A DNA stretch of 60,050 nucleotides, taken from NCBI GenBank assembly GCA_016794465.1, contig JAEUKA010000028.1, positions 64,001 through 124,050 on the forward strand, in the 5' to 3' direction. The stretch comes from Myxococcales bacterium. GTDB lineage: Bacteria; Myxococcota_A; Polyangia; Palsa-1104; JAEUJZ01. The translations under genes were made by a program, and so were the position numbers. Shown in pieces: positions 1-10,009 of the stretch (the first letter of the stretch is position 1; every line of letters starts with the position of its first letter). The notes under the pieces are model-generated. The model did no database searches. It was not told the origin of the DNA and saw nothing but the letters and a program-made list of their open reading frames with translations.

Positions 1-2654
1 TTGCACAGACACTGGCCACCACCGCAGCGGTCCGCCGTCGAGCTACTGCAAGCCCCCATGCAGCCACCGCAGTGATTGAAGTCTGTCTGCGGATCGATAC
101 ACATCTTCAAGGTCGGGCAGCAGGTTCCCTTTCCGGAGTCTGCACCGGCTCCGCACTGCTCCATTCCGTCGTTCGCAGGAGTCATCGAGACATTCCCACT
201 CACGCACTTGTTGTCGAGGCTGTCACACAGCTCGGGAGCTCCATCACGGGCCTGCATGCTGGGCGGGGGAATCGCCGGCCAGACATTGCGATTGCTGTCG
301 TCACAGTCATTGCAGTACAGCAAGTTGGCGTCGAAAGCGAGAGGGTTGTCTGTATCCTTGCAGCCCGTGCACGACATGTATTTGTCGGTATCAGAGTCTT
401 TTTCATCAGCTGGCAGTGCGCCACTACAGTCGTCGTCAAAGCCATTGCAAAGCTCAGCGACTGGATCGGTCTGCGCGGTACAGACCAAGTACTTGTCCTT
501 CTCTGGGAAGCCCGGCACACGCAGCGCCCAGAATGGATTCTCTTTGGTGCGCACACATCCCAAGACGGTTCCGGCCTTGCACCGAGCACTCAGCGCAGAG
601 ACAGTCACACCACACGCGCGCCCCTTCTCTGCCAGGAATGTACCCGTAGCATCATCGAGGCTGCCGTTGCAGTCATCATCCACCGGATTCAGCGCATCAC
701 AGCTCTGCGGCTTGGGCTGATTGGCACCAAAGCAGCGCGCCGTAAACACCGAGCTGCCATCAAAAGCCGGACAAGCCTTCACCGCTTTCGGATCGATCGT
801 TGAAGTCGGAGTGGTTGAAGTACAGACACAGCGCCCCGAGAAAAATCCCGAGCCGTCCTTCTGTCCACACATGCCCACTGTCGAGTCCGCGCATGACGTA
901 GTCCGCTTCGAGCTATCGCTGCCCGTCTCGACCAGCCGCCCTCCCATCGAGTCCGGATTCAGCTCATCAATCAGACCATCACAGTCATCATCACGACCGT
1001 TGCACTTCTCGGTCGCGAACGGATGGACATCGAAGTTGGCATCATCACAGTCACTGGCAGAGTCGTAGCCATCCTTGTCGCGATCAAAGCTACAGACATC
1101 AACCATGCCATCGCAGTCGTGATCCTTTCCATCGCAGGCAATCGGTCCACCGGGAAACGCAGTCGGGTCAGAGTCATTGCAGTCAAACGGCTTCCCAATC
1201 ACCACGCAGCCGGGAAAGTTCCTTGGGAATCCGTCTCCATCTACATCGCAAGCTGCCGTCGGACAACCCGAGCGCGACAGCAGGGGATCGTTGTCACAGC
1301 TGGTGTTCTGCGCCATGCCACTCGGATCGTTGTTGCGACACAGACCACGCATCGCCGACAGGACATTGAAGCCCCGCGAGCTTGCATCCAGCACTCCGTA
1401 CTTGGTTGCTGTTCCGACGGTGGTGGCCGATCCTGGGAAGACTCCGCGATCGTTGTCATCGCAGTCCAGCGGTCGCCCCGACTTCTTGTAGTTGATGGTG
1501 GGGCAGGTCTGTCCGGCCAGGATTTCGGAGCGCTGAAAGCCATCTCCATCCAGATCGCAAGGAACACAGCCCGCCTGCGGACGACCATCACAGGCCCAGT
1601 CTTTGATCACACCATCATCTGGATCGCAGAGCTTCTGCGCGTTGGGATGCACGCGGGAGTCGGTGTCATCACAGTCGCGCAGCTTGGAGTCCGGATTGTT
1701 TGGCGAGTATCCATCACAGTCATCGTCGGTAAAGCAGTCGACATTCAGTCCGGTACAGTCAAAGTCAAACGTCGTGTCACAGCGCTTCGGCTGACAGAGT
1801 GACTCATCGGCCCGCTTGCTATGATTGGTCGCGCAGCTGGTGACATCGGTACACTGACAGCAGTTGCGCGGACGGGGGTTGCCATGGAAGCGGTTCTTAT
1901 CGGTGTCATCACAGTCACTTCCCTCCGGATCACCGTCGGCGTCTTTGTCTTCACAGGCGCGCGGCTCCCCAGCACAGGTCAGATCAAACAGCTCCAGCGG
2001 CGGCAGCATGGTGGTGCTGGGAGGATGCTCGGGACGGAGCCTTACGTTGCAAGAGGAGCTAGCCAACGGATGGATGTCAAAGCTGCGCAGCCGCACCGGC
2101 TCCAGATCCCCAGGAGGCGGATCACTGTCGACGCAGTCAAGAACCTCTGGCTGATCTCGGTACAGATCGGCGGCCTCTGCATTCTGCGCCGGCCACGCCA
2201 CTGCACTCGGAAAGTGATCGCCATCCTCATCAAAAGCAGGAGGAACCGCCAGCAGCTTGGCTTCCACTTCTTGATACGCACCGACCTCCAGAATTCGCGC
2301 AAAGAAGTACTGCGGCTCGGGATTCCCTTTCTGCGGCAGCGACTCGACATTGGCGACGTTGGCCGCCAGCACCTGCACAAGGTATCGACCATGCTGGGAA
2401 AACGGCAGCGCCACTCGCACCGGTTCCGTTGCCAGCAAGCGCTTTTCGCTCAGACTCTGGACTCCCGAAAGGAAGACGACCTTACGGGTTGCCCGATCCT
2501 GAATCTTGATGATGTAGCTCTGCAGTCGTACTCCATCAGGAGCGCGGATCGACAGCATCACACCGTCGGGAACACTGCATGAACCCAGCAGTAAAAGGAG
2601 AAGCAGCGCCCACAGACTGTGGAAAGTTCCCCTCCGATTGCGTAGCCAGCTCAT
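1..2654 (-). CDS. Large secreted lipoprotein with many Cys-rich MopE-like 'putative metal-binding' repeats. 5' partial: the ORF runs off the left edge of the window.
   Basis: I translated the minus strand by hand from the ATG at 2654, which sits 7 nt after an aggagg RBS. The N-terminus is MSWLRNRRGTFHSLWALLLLLLLGSCS, a signal peptide with a lipobox. Then come more than 15 tandem units of the form CDDxDxxxxPxAxExC(D/N)GxDxDCDG. No stop occurs before position 1, so the ORF is absent from the supplied track. It is the last gene of the T6SS/vgrG cargo operon. Confidence 0.6.
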   Translation of the reverse strand, partial: MSWLRNRRGTFHSLWALLLLLLLGSCSVPDGVMLSIRAPDGVRLQSYIIKIQDRATRKVVFLSGVQSLSEKRLLATEPVRVALPFSQHGRYLVQVLAANVANVESLPQKGNPEPQYFFARILEVGAYQEVEAKLLAVPPAFDEDGDHFPSAVAWPAQNAEAADLYRDQPEVLDCVDSDPPPGDLEPVRLRSFDIHPLASSSCNVRLRPEHPPSTTMLPPLELFDLTCAGEPRACEDKDADGDPEGSDCDDTDKNRFHGNPRPRNCCQCTDVTSCATNHSKRADESLCQPKRCDTTFDFDCTGLNVDCFTDDDCDGYSPNNPDSKLRDCDDTDSRVHPNAQKLCDPDDGVIKDWACDGRPQAGCVPCDLDGDGFQRSEILAGQTCPTINYKKSGRPLDCDDNDRGVFPGSATTVGTATKYGVLDASSRGFNVLSAMRGLCRNNDPSGMAQNTSCDNDPLLSRSGCPTAACDVDGDGFPRNFPGCVVIGKPFDCNDSDPTAFPGGPIACDGKDHDCDGMVDVCSFDRDKDGYDSASDCDDANFDVHPFATEKCNGRDDDCDGLIDELNPDSMGGRLVETGSDSSKRTTSCADSTVGMCGQKDGSGFFSGRCVCTSTTPTSTIDPKAVKACPAFDGSSVFTARCFGANQPKPQSCDALNPVDDDCNGSLDDATGTFLAEKGRACGVTVSALSARCKAGTVLGCVRTKENPFWALRVPGFPEKDKYLVCTAQTDPVAELCNGFDDDCSGALPADEKDSDTDKYMSCTGCKDTDNPLAFDANLLYCNDCDDSNRNVWPAIPPPSMQARDGAPELCDSLDNKCVSGNVSMTPANDGMEQCGAGADSGKGTCCPTLKMCIDPQTDFNHCGGCMGACSSSTADRCGGGQCLC

Positions 2655-2726
2655 GGACTCCTCCTAAGGATGAAGCGAAGCATTTAAAAAGAATGATTTC
2701 ATAGTCCTAATATCCGTACCGCTGCC

Positions 2727-3536
2727 CTATCTCGGACTCGTGCGCCGAGGAATCTTTCCTACCGCCGGCAGTGGATTGGTCGTTCGCTCAGCAGGCGGCA
2801 AGGCCACACTGCGAAGTCGCCGTAGCTCGGTCAGCAGGATCTGCTGCTCTACCTGCGCCAAGCTGCTGTCACGCGTTCGCTGGAGCCGGATCTCGACCAG
2901 CTCTGCCAGCAGCGGTGCCAACGCCGTCGACAGCTCTTTCTCTAACCCCGCTGCACTGACCGGCGCTTCGCTCGGTCTTTGGGGCAGCAGCGTGGCACTG
3001 ATGCCGCGTGAAAGAGAGGACAGCGTTGCCTCGATCCGTCCCAGCAGATCTTCCATCAGCTGCATCCGGTCTTGCATTCCCTGCACCTGCATCATCAGGC
3101 GATCGACATCATGCGACAGTCCAGAGACATTGCGCACCGTCTGAGACTGCGCCTTAAACAGCTCCTCCGAGAGCCTCTGTTGTCCATCCTGCAACTGCTT
3201 GAGCAGCTCTCCCAGCTTCTGTTCAATGTTCCCAGTGGCTGCAATCCCAGCCGGCTCTGGGATGACTGGCTGTGGTGCTGCGGGCTCGGGAGTCACCACC
3301 ACTGCGGGAGCAGGAGTCTCTGTCCGCTCTACGGCTGGGGACTCCTCTGCCTTTTCTACGGACTCGCCAAGAGGTGACTCTGTTCCCACCAAGATCCGCT
3401 GACTGCGAGAGGAGCTGGCCACCCGACGGGTAGCCGCCGTCCGACTGGTAGTCGCCCGTCTCCGCGTGGTTACGGCGGGCTCGGCGGGAGTCTCCGGTGG
3501 TGTCACTGCTGGTGTCTTGCGAACCCTGGTTGCCAA
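2727..3536 (-). CDS. Hypothetical protein with a Pro/Thr/Arg-rich N-terminus and a coiled-coil C-terminal half
   Basis: The ORF has a TTG start with aggag 8 nt upstream, immediately after the DUF4280 stop. The N-terminal third is low complexity and the rest is predicted helical (LGELLKQLQDGQQRLSEELF...). It is co-oriented with the T6SS operon. Confidence 0.4.
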   Translation of the reverse strand: MATRVRKTPAVTPPETPAEPAVTTRRRATTSRTAATRRVASSSRSQRILVGTESPLGESVEKAEESPAVERTETPAPAVVVTPEPAAPQPVIPEPAGIAATGNIEQKLGELLKQLQDGQQRLSEELFKAQSQTVRNVSGLSHDVDRLMMQVQGMQDRMQLMEDLLGRIEATLSSLSRGISATLLPQRPSEAPVSAAGLEKELSTALAPLLAELVEIRLQRTRDSSLAQVEQQILLTELRRLRSVALPPAERTTNPLPAVGKIPRRTSPR

Positions 3537-3545
3537 TTTGCGCTC

Positions 3546-3932
3546 CTAAGGAGTCATCACCGTGGGCACACCGGGAGGCAGAATCTCAATGACCCCCGCC
3601 CACATGCACATCAGCTTTGCACTATTATTCAAGATCGGCATATTGCCCAGCAGCACGGTCGGTGCGCCGACAATCCACGGTGCCGGAGTGTTGGGAATAC
3701 ACGGCATCGGAGTCAGCACGCCCAGCGCTGCCGCCGTCGCTGCGGCTACCATCGGATTGGCCAGAGACTGACACATTCCGAACGGCATAATGTTCATAAA
3801 TGGCTTGCTGTCCATGATGTTGGCAACCGGCTGCGGAGACATCACCCGATTCAGCGGCAACACCACCAGCGAGCTCGGCGCCACACCAAACGAACACTTG
3901 AGCATTGCTCCCATACAGACTGCGTTGGCCAT
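3546..3932 (-). CDS. DUF4280 family PAAR-like protein (T6SS spike-sharpening or cargo adaptor)
   Basis: The sequence MANAVCMGAMLKCSFGVAPSSLVVLP...IMPFGMCQSLANPMVAAATAAALGVLTPMPC...MCMWAGVIEI matches the DUF4280 signature. It lies two genes downstream of vgrG. Confidence 0.7.
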   Translation of the reverse strand: MANAVCMGAMLKCSFGVAPSSLVVLPLNRVMSPQPVANIMDSKPFMNIMPFGMCQSLANPMVAAATAAALGVLTPMPCIPNTPAPWIVGAPTVLLGNMPILNNSAKLMCMWAGVIEILPPGVPTVMTP

Positions 3933-5113
3933 TATTTGCCTCTTGAAGGAGTGTTCTGCGCGGTCGGCAGAGTGCCAATGTTGGGCGGCTCCAGGATCAT
4001 TCCGTGACGCGGTGGTGGCGGTGGCGGCGGACCCTTTTTCCCGCGCTTTCCAGACTCTGCTGCCGACGCTGCCTTGGCCGCAGCCGGCGCAGCTTCTGCT
4101 TTGGCCGCCAAGGCCTCTTTTACCTGCGGAGCTTCCGGGGGCTTAGGAATCTCTGGCGCTTGCGGAGCCTCTGGCGCTTGTGGAATCTCTGGAACCTGTG
4201 GAGCTTCCGGAGCTGTCGGCAGCTCTGGTGCAGCCGGCAGCTCGGGAGCCTTCCACATTGCGATCACCGCAGGCACTACCGCATCAACAGCCTTCTTCCG
4301 CGCAACATCCATCAGACCCCGCAGCGCCGACTGCTTCGCTGCTTGGGCCGCTTGCTGTTCCAGGCTCGGCGTCGACGGAGGCGTGGCACTCTGTAGCGGT
4401 CTTCCTTTGTCATCAAACTGCTCCGGCGTTCCCTGCGGCGCCCCCTCTTCATACCGAGCGCGCTTCTGCAGCTTGCCGTTTGGATGATAGCTCAGCGACT
4501 CTCCATGCAGCTTTCCGGCCTGATACAGACTGGCTTCCCGCAGCTTGCCATCCGGAAAGTACTCCTGCACCACGCCATGAAGCAGTCCGTCTTGATACAG
4601 CTCGCGACGAACAATCACGCCATGCTGGCCGAAATAGACAGCTTCTCCATGCCTCTTATCATTCTTATAGTTCGCAGAGAGAATCGGCGCACCGTCGGCA
4701 CCATAGATGATCCCGATGCCGTGCTTCTTGCCCTTCACATACTGCTGCTGGCTGACCATCTGACCGTTCTCATAGGTCACCATGTCGCCGGAAAGCTCAC
4801 CACCAACATAGGAAGCGAGCAGCTCCGATCGACCCTGCTCATCAAAGCGCCGCAGCAGTCCGCTTAACTTGCCGGCATGAAAGTGCGCTCTCTGCACGAC
4901 CTTTCCGCTCGGAAAGTACTCTATCGATTCCCCTTCCAGCTGGTCGTCCTGGAAGCTGGACTTTTGCGCGAGCTTGCCCGCGACAAAGAAGGAAAACTCC
5001 CCTTCCTTTTTGCCATCGCGCAGCACACCTCGCAGGCTGACGTTTCCGTCCTCATCATGCTCAACGTACTCGACTGCTTCCGGTGCTGCGGACTGTCTTG
5101 GCTGCTCGCTCAT
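3932..5113 (-). CDS. MORN-repeat (YwqK-like) protein with a C-terminal Pro-rich periodic tail and a PPPPPPP tract. Candidate T6SS cargo or adaptor.
   Basis: Repeated motifs of the form G.L.G....Y..NG.L......Y..GK.HG are MORN/YwqK repeats. The C-terminus reads APELPAAPELPTAPEAPQVPEIPQAPEAPQAPEIP, encoded by about 9-nt periodic DNA at roughly 4090-4270, followed by KKGPPPPPPPRHG. The track start is TTG at 5125, which overlaps the vgrG stop. An in-frame ATG at 5113 is more likely. Confidence 0.65.
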   Translation of the reverse strand: MSEQPRQSAAPEAVEYVEHDEDGNVSLRGVLRDGKKEGEFSFFVAGKLAQKSSFQDDQLEGESIEYFPSGKVVQRAHFHAGKLSGLLRRFDEQGRSELLASYVGGELSGDMVTYENGQMVSQQQYVKGKKHGIGIIYGADGAPILSANYKNDKRHGEAVYFGQHGVIVRRELYQDGLLHGVVQEYFPDGKLREASLYQAGKLHGESLSYHPNGKLQKRARYEEGAPQGTPEQFDDKGRPLQSATPPSTPSLEQQAAQAAKQSALRGLMDVARKKAVDAVVPAVIAMWKAPELPAAPELPTAPEAPQVPEIPQAPEAPQAPEIPKPPEAPQVKEALAAKAEAAPAAAKAASAAESGKRGKKGPPPPPPPRHGMILEPPNIGTLPTAQNTPSRGK

Positions 5114-5121
5114 GTGCTCTC

Positions 5122-7158
5122 TCAATTCAGCTTCACAAGGCCACCCTTGATCGCCGCCATTGCCCCACCTTCCAGCTTCGCCATCGCCGAAGCCTTCACA
5201 TCAATGTTGACACCTTCCAGCTTCATTCCGACCCCGGCCTTGAGATCGAAGTTCACGGCCCCTTCCTGCTTCATGTTGGCGCCCGCCTTCAGCTTCATAT
5301 CGGCGCCCGCCTTCAGATCCACAGCTGCTGCCGCCTCAGCCTTGATGCCCTTCTTCGACTTGATCTTGATGTCGCCATCGACCTCGATGGTGAGGTTTCC
5401 TTTGACGGTCAAGATGTAGTCCTTATCGACTGTGTGGCTGAACTTGGCCTTGTTCGCGTGCTTCTCATCCTTGTCAACAGAGACGGTCCGCTTGCCTTTT
5501 ACAGAGTGCTTTTCATCACCCTTATCGACCGAGATCGTGCGATTCCCCTTTTTGACCGTGAGCAGCTCATCACCCTCGGTCACTTCGACCTCGCGGTTCT
5601 TTTTGACCACAGTCTTGTCGTTGTTGTCGATCTTGGCGCTGCGGTCGTTCTTGATGTCAGTCTTGCAGTCGTTGTCGATCTTGGCGGTGCGGTCGTGCTT
5701 GACCTCGATGTTCATGTCCTTCTGGGCATGAATGTAGATCTCTTCGGAGTCCTTCTTGTCCTCCAGCCGGATCTCGTTGAAGCCACCGCCGCCCTTGCTG
5801 GTACGACTCTTGGTGGTGCTCTTGGTCTGGTTGTCGGGAAGCGGATAGGGAACGGTCTGCTCAGCGTTGTAGACCGCGCCGGTAATCAGTGGTCGATCCG
5901 GATTCCCATCGATGAACGTAATCACAACTTCCTGACCGATGCGCGGCAAAAAGAACGTTCCGTAGCCCTTCCCTGCCCAGTGCTGCGTGACCCGCACCCA
6001 GCACGAGCTGTTCTCATCTTTCTTGCCTTTGCGATCCCACGGAAACTGCACTTTGACGCGACCGTACTTGTCGGTCCAGATCTCCTCACCGGACTTCCCA
6101 ACCACCACCGCAGTCTGGCTTCCAATCGCCACTTGCCGTCGAGTCCGCCGCATAGGACGGAACACCACACTCGCTGGCAGCGCTTCGAGAGTGTTGCTGT
6201 AGTTGCCTCGATCCGCGCGATGACTGACCGAGCGAATCACGTACTCCTGATTGAGATCGGCTCGATCATGCTTGGTCAGCTTGAACTTGCCACCGGCCAC
6301 AAAGCCGCGACAGTTGCTACTGGCACGCAGCACTTTTTGAGCATGCTCCATCGCCTCAATGCGCAGCTTGACGAGCTTCTCTCCCTCGTTCTTTTTGGCG
6401 TAGTTGCCGGGATGATCGTAGACCACCAAGGCCGGACTCCCCCCACCGGTCTTGACGAACAGATCGGTCGAAGGAATCTCGAAGTTGTAGTCCGTCAGCG
6501 CATAACCAGTCGTCACCAGCGTCTCTTCAAACGAACAGTCACGCAGACAGTTGGGAGTGTCATTCAGTCCCATCTCCACCTCTGCCGAGCCGGTACACGT
6601 GGCATAACCATCGCTGTCATCCGCCAGCACCATCAGGTGCTTTCCGTCGCTGTGCTCGAAGTAGTAGAAGATTCCTTCGTCTTCCATGAGGCGACTGACA
6701 AAGTCGAAGCTCGACTCCTGATACTGCACGCAGTACTCGCGCTTGGCGTACGTTCCCTTCAGACTCTTTTTGAAGTCTTTGAGTCCCAGATCCGAAAAGA
6801 CCTCTTCGATGATCTCGGGCACACTCTTGTTCTGAAAGATTCGATTGTCGGCGTGCAGGGTCAACAGCCACAGCCACGGTCGCAGCTCCGCCACATAGAG
6901 AGTGTGCTTGGGATCATAGCCAGACTCGACAAAGCGCGTCACCAGTCCACAGATGTAGCGCTTCGACTTGTCGGGCAGCACGATCGTGATCGTGACCGCC
7001 TTTCCCATCAGCTTCTTGAAGTCGAGCTTGCGATCTTTCGATAGGAACTGAAGCGTGTATAGGAATGGCGAAGAGAGCTCTTCCTGTCCAGAAAAGGACT
7101 CCAGTTCCAACGCATCCGCAGCAGGAGTTGCTGCACTTAAAAAGTCATGATCGCTCAC
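5122..7158 (-). CDS. vgrG: Type VI secretion spike protein VgrG (TssI)
   Basis: 678 aa with gp27-like and gp5-like domains: FLPRIGQEVVITFIDGNPDRPLITGAVYN, then C-terminal beta-helix repeats. There is no C-terminal effector extension. Confidence 0.9.
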   Translation of the reverse strand: MSDHDFLSAATPAADALELESFSGQEELSSPFLYTLQFLSKDRKLDFKKLMGKAVTITIVLPDKSKRYICGLVTRFVESGYDPKHTLYVAELRPWLWLLTLHADNRIFQNKSVPEIIEEVFSDLGLKDFKKSLKGTYAKREYCVQYQESSFDFVSRLMEDEGIFYYFEHSDGKHLMVLADDSDGYATCTGSAEVEMGLNDTPNCLRDCSFEETLVTTGYALTDYNFEIPSTDLFVKTGGGSPALVVYDHPGNYAKKNEGEKLVKLRIEAMEHAQKVLRASSNCRGFVAGGKFKLTKHDRADLNQEYVIRSVSHRADRGNYSNTLEALPASVVFRPMRRTRRQVAIGSQTAVVVGKSGEEIWTDKYGRVKVQFPWDRKGKKDENSSCWVRVTQHWAGKGYGTFFLPRIGQEVVITFIDGNPDRPLITGAVYNAEQTVPYPLPDNQTKSTTKSRTSKGGGGFNEIRLEDKKDSEEIYIHAQKDMNIEVKHDRTAKIDNDCKTDIKNDRSAKIDNNDKTVVKKNREVEVTEGDELLTVKKGNRTISVDKGDEKHSVKGKRTVSVDKDEKHANKAKFSHTVDKDYILTVKGNLTIEVDGDIKIKSKKGIKAEAAAAVDLKAGADMKLKAGANMKQEGAVNFDLKAGVGMKLEGVNIDVKASAMAKLEGGAMAAIKGGLVKLN

Positions 7159-8246
7159 GGTGCAGCCCTCAGTGGTTCATCGCTGTACCTGGCCACTGCG
7201 CCCAGAGCAACCCTTGGCATGCCACGCAGCTTGGCGTTGGTGGTCAAAAAGGAAGTCAACCCGAGCACGGGCTGGGCCGACGCAGGGGACTTCGCAGCAG
7301 GAGTCGCAAACGACAAGCGCGCACGTGGAATTTCCTCTGCCTTGATCAGCAGAGAGACAAAGATGTCGTATTCCGGACCGACATAGTAGCGAGCCAGCTG
7401 AATCAGCGCCGTCAGTCCAGACTGTCCGGGCAGAAAGTCCAGATAGCGCTCCCAGGGCAGCGGCCCAATCTCTAGCTCGATTCCTGCTTGCGCATCCCAG
7501 ATCATGCTGCCGATCATCGCCTGTCCACCGAGCATCTGGTTCTGACCGGACAGACCGATCTTGGTCCACTGCTCTTCCTCAATCGGACGCATCGCCCCGC
7601 GCAGCTGATGACAGACAATCTTGACCTGAAAATGATCACTGAGCAGAGTCTCTAACCCGATCGCATCCCGAGGCTGCTTGCTCAAAAGTCCGGTGTAGCG
7701 CAGCAGGGCCCGATCGGGAATCTTGAGCCGATTCTGGAGTCCCTCGGTCAGCATTCCCGAGAGTCCATACAGAAAGCGCGTAAAGTAGTGTTCATCGGGG
7801 GAAGACCACTCTGTTCCCAGCCGACAGCTCCGCCGCACGCGATACAGCAAGGACACCAAGCGATGATCAAAAATGTCCAGGAAGTCACGCAGCGCAAAGT
7901 CCCGCTCAGCGCTGCGCTCTAGGACCCACTCCGTCAGCTCGTGCGGCAGGGGTCCATGGGCGCCACCGAGTCCGAGCATACTCACTGTCACCGTCGGAAC
8001 CGGCTTGTCCCCTGATGGCTTTTCAATTGCCACCACATCACTGGGTGGGAAGGCGAGTGAAAAGGAGGATCGGAAGCGAACCGCCTCGGCACTCGGATCT
8101 CCCCCTTCGCCTAACGGAACCGAGTCCGGAGCAAGCATCTCCAGCAGTCGGATCAGCTGGAAGAAGTTGAAGCGCTGCGGATCGGCGAGAAGTTCATCGA
8201 TTACAGAAGGCTGCGGGAGCCCGCTAGCGGTGGCCATTTCTTCCAC
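7155..8246 (-). CDS. tssG: T6SS baseplate subunit TssG
   Basis: The N-terminal RFNFFQLIRLLE signature is present. The gene sits between tssF and vgrG and overlaps both. Confidence 0.85.
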   Translation of the reverse strand: MEEMATASGLPQPSVIDELLADPQRFNFFQLIRLLEMLAPDSVPLGEGGDPSAEAVRFRSSFSLAFPPSDVVAIEKPSGDKPVPTVTVSMLGLGGAHGPLPHELTEWVLERSAERDFALRDFLDIFDHRLVSLLYRVRRSCRLGTEWSSPDEHYFTRFLYGLSGMLTEGLQNRLKIPDRALLRYTGLLSKQPRDAIGLETLLSDHFQVKIVCHQLRGAMRPIEEEQWTKIGLSGQNQMLGGQAMIGSMIWDAQAGIELEIGPLPWERYLDFLPGQSGLTALIQLARYYVGPEYDIFVSLLIKAEEIPRARLSFATPAAKSPASAQPVLGLTSFLTTNAKLRGMPRVALGAVARYSDEPLRAAP

Positions 8247-10009
8247 GCCTCCTGTCGCTGACGGCTACGCACCACCAGCATCGTAAAAGAGTTTACGGCC
8301 GTATACAGACCAAAGAAGCGACTCAAGACCGCCGACATCATGAGCGCGCTGTGACCGACATACAGTGCCTCATCGAACGTAATCTGGACTTCCTGACCAT
8401 GCACAAAGCCTCGCCACGCATCGCGTCCGGCTTGCAGCGTCTTGGGAACACACTGCAGCTCGGTGATTCCCAAGATCTGATTTTCCGTCGCTGTGGTCGG
8501 GCTCATTCGATACAGTCGGAGGATCTCGCGCAGGGCATCCCGACTCTCTCTGCCACCGATCAGGGACAAGTGATTCAGCGAAAGATGAGACACCAGCTGC
8601 CACAGCGCTGCGCCCCCAAGAGGTGGAGTGATCGGCTCGGTCGGCTTGGACAGACACGTCACCGCTTTGACCGGCGCGGCATCCTCCAGCTGTAGTCGCG
8701 CGCGGGCCGGCATCTGCGCGGCCAGATCGCGGTTGGTACAGAGCGTATGCGCAAACACCGTCTGCGTCGCTGGCTGGGTCGGCTTGAAGCGCAGATCGAC
8801 AAACGACAGATAGGTATCGCAGCCCGTCATATCAGACCGTCCGGTAGGCCGCCGCTGCGCGTAGTAGAACGCCTGATGGTCCGCACCACTTGCGGGATGG
8901 TTGAAGGAAAAGAACGGCGCGATGTTGTGGCTGCTGTTCGGATCGGCACTCATCGATACCTTGTCGATCGAGTGAATCTCGCAGGTCTTCTCTTCTCGCT
9001 TGTCGGCGACCAGCTGGTATTCCGGCAGCTTCTGGGTTAGGCGAATCGGCTCTGCGGTCTTGGGAAACAGGTTGATGATCGGCGCGCAGCCAAGCATGAA
9101 CGTACTGCGGTTGACAGCGATGGAGCGAGGCGGCACTTCGGACAGCAGAATCAGGATGTCCGCCGTCTTTTTGGCCAGCTGAATGCGCGGCAGCTCAATG
9201 TCAAAAAATAGGAACTTCTGCGGAAAGACAAAGTACTCCTGAAGCAGTCGATACGCTGGATGCGCATACTCTGGAGAGGTCAGAAGGGAGTCTTCCGGAT
9301 CGAGTCCTACCGGTCGCAGCGCCTGCGGACCTTGGTACTGAACCTCGGGTCGTCCATCGGGCAACAGAGCCACGCCCACCGTCGAGGAGATCAGCAGATC
9401 GTAGATCGCGGCAGCGACCTCTGCCGAGGAGTTGATGAACACCCGAATGCTGCGCAGATCCAGCTCGCCGAAGCTCTCTGCTTGGCACTCCAGCTTGATC
9501 CGCAGCATCGCAATCCCTTTGGGATACGCATCCAGATAGGGATACCGGTCCGTCGCTTCGATCTGGGCCGACACAATCGACACCGGCCACAGCGTGATCG
9601 GAGAGCCGGTGCGGAACCGGCACAGCGCGCCGGTATCCGTCTGGGTAAACAGCTTCGCTCCTTTGGGAACCGTGAAGCCACCCAGCGGAAGTCCTTGCTC
9701 GGAATCGACATCGAAGTGAGCAATCGACATCGACGGCACGGTCTGAAGCAGGTGCGGATACAGACAGTCCAAAATGGAGGTAGAGAGGAGCGGAAAGTCA
9801 GCGTCGAGTCGCTGCTGTAGCCGCGCCGTCAAAAACGCAAAGCTCTCGATCAGTCGCTCGACATGTGGATCGGCGCAGGCCTCTGCCGACAGATCCAGTC
9901 GTGCCGCAATCTTGGGATACTTGCGCGCAAACTCGGCGCCCATTCCGCGCAGATATTGTAGCTCGCGCTGGTAGGCGCGCAGCAGCTCGTCCTTGGCTTC
10001 ACTACTCAT
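8201..10009 (-). CDS. tssF: T6SS baseplate subunit TssF
   Basis: 602 aa starting ELLRAYQRELQYLRGMGAEFARKYPKIAARL, the typical TssF N-terminus. Confidence 0.9.
   Translation of the reverse strand: MSSEAKDELLRAYQRELQYLRGMGAEFARKYPKIAARLDLSAEACADPHVERLIESFAFLTARLQQRLDADFPLLSTSILDCLYPHLLQTVPSMSIAHFDVDSEQGLPLGGFTVPKGAKLFTQTDTGALCRFRTGSPITLWPVSIVSAQIEATDRYPYLDAYPKGIAMLRIKLECQAESFGELDLRSIRVFINSSAEVAAAIYDLLISSTVGVALLPDGRPEVQYQGPQALRPVGLDPEDSLLTSPEYAHPAYRLLQEYFVFPQKFLFFDIELPRIQLAKKTADILILLSEVPPRSIAVNRSTFMLGCAPIINLFPKTAEPIRLTQKLPEYQLVADKREEKTCEIHSIDKVSMSADPNSSHNIAPFFSFNHPASGADHQAFYYAQRRPTGRSDMTGCDTYLSFVDLRFKPTQPATQTVFAHTLCTNRDLAAQMPARARLQLEDAAPVKAVTCLSKPTEPITPPLGGAALWQLVSHLSLNHLSLIGGRESRDALREILRLYRMSPTTATENQILGITELQCVPKTLQAGRDAWRGFVHGQEVQITFDEALYVGHSALMMSAVLSRFFGLYTAVNSFTMLVVRSRQRQEAWKKWPPLAGSRSLL

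Noticed and set aside
72-2582. Several plus-strand ORFs at 72..803, 1023..1802 and 1821..2582
   Set aside because: All are antisense to the hand-translated Cys-rich lipoprotein gene, which has a signal peptide and more than 15 conserved repeats.
5083-7044. 653-aa plus-strand ORF
   Set aside because: It is exactly antisense to vgrG, and its low-complexity Leu/Val/Asp-rich translation is typical of a high-GC antisense frame. VgrG on the minus strand has clear homology.
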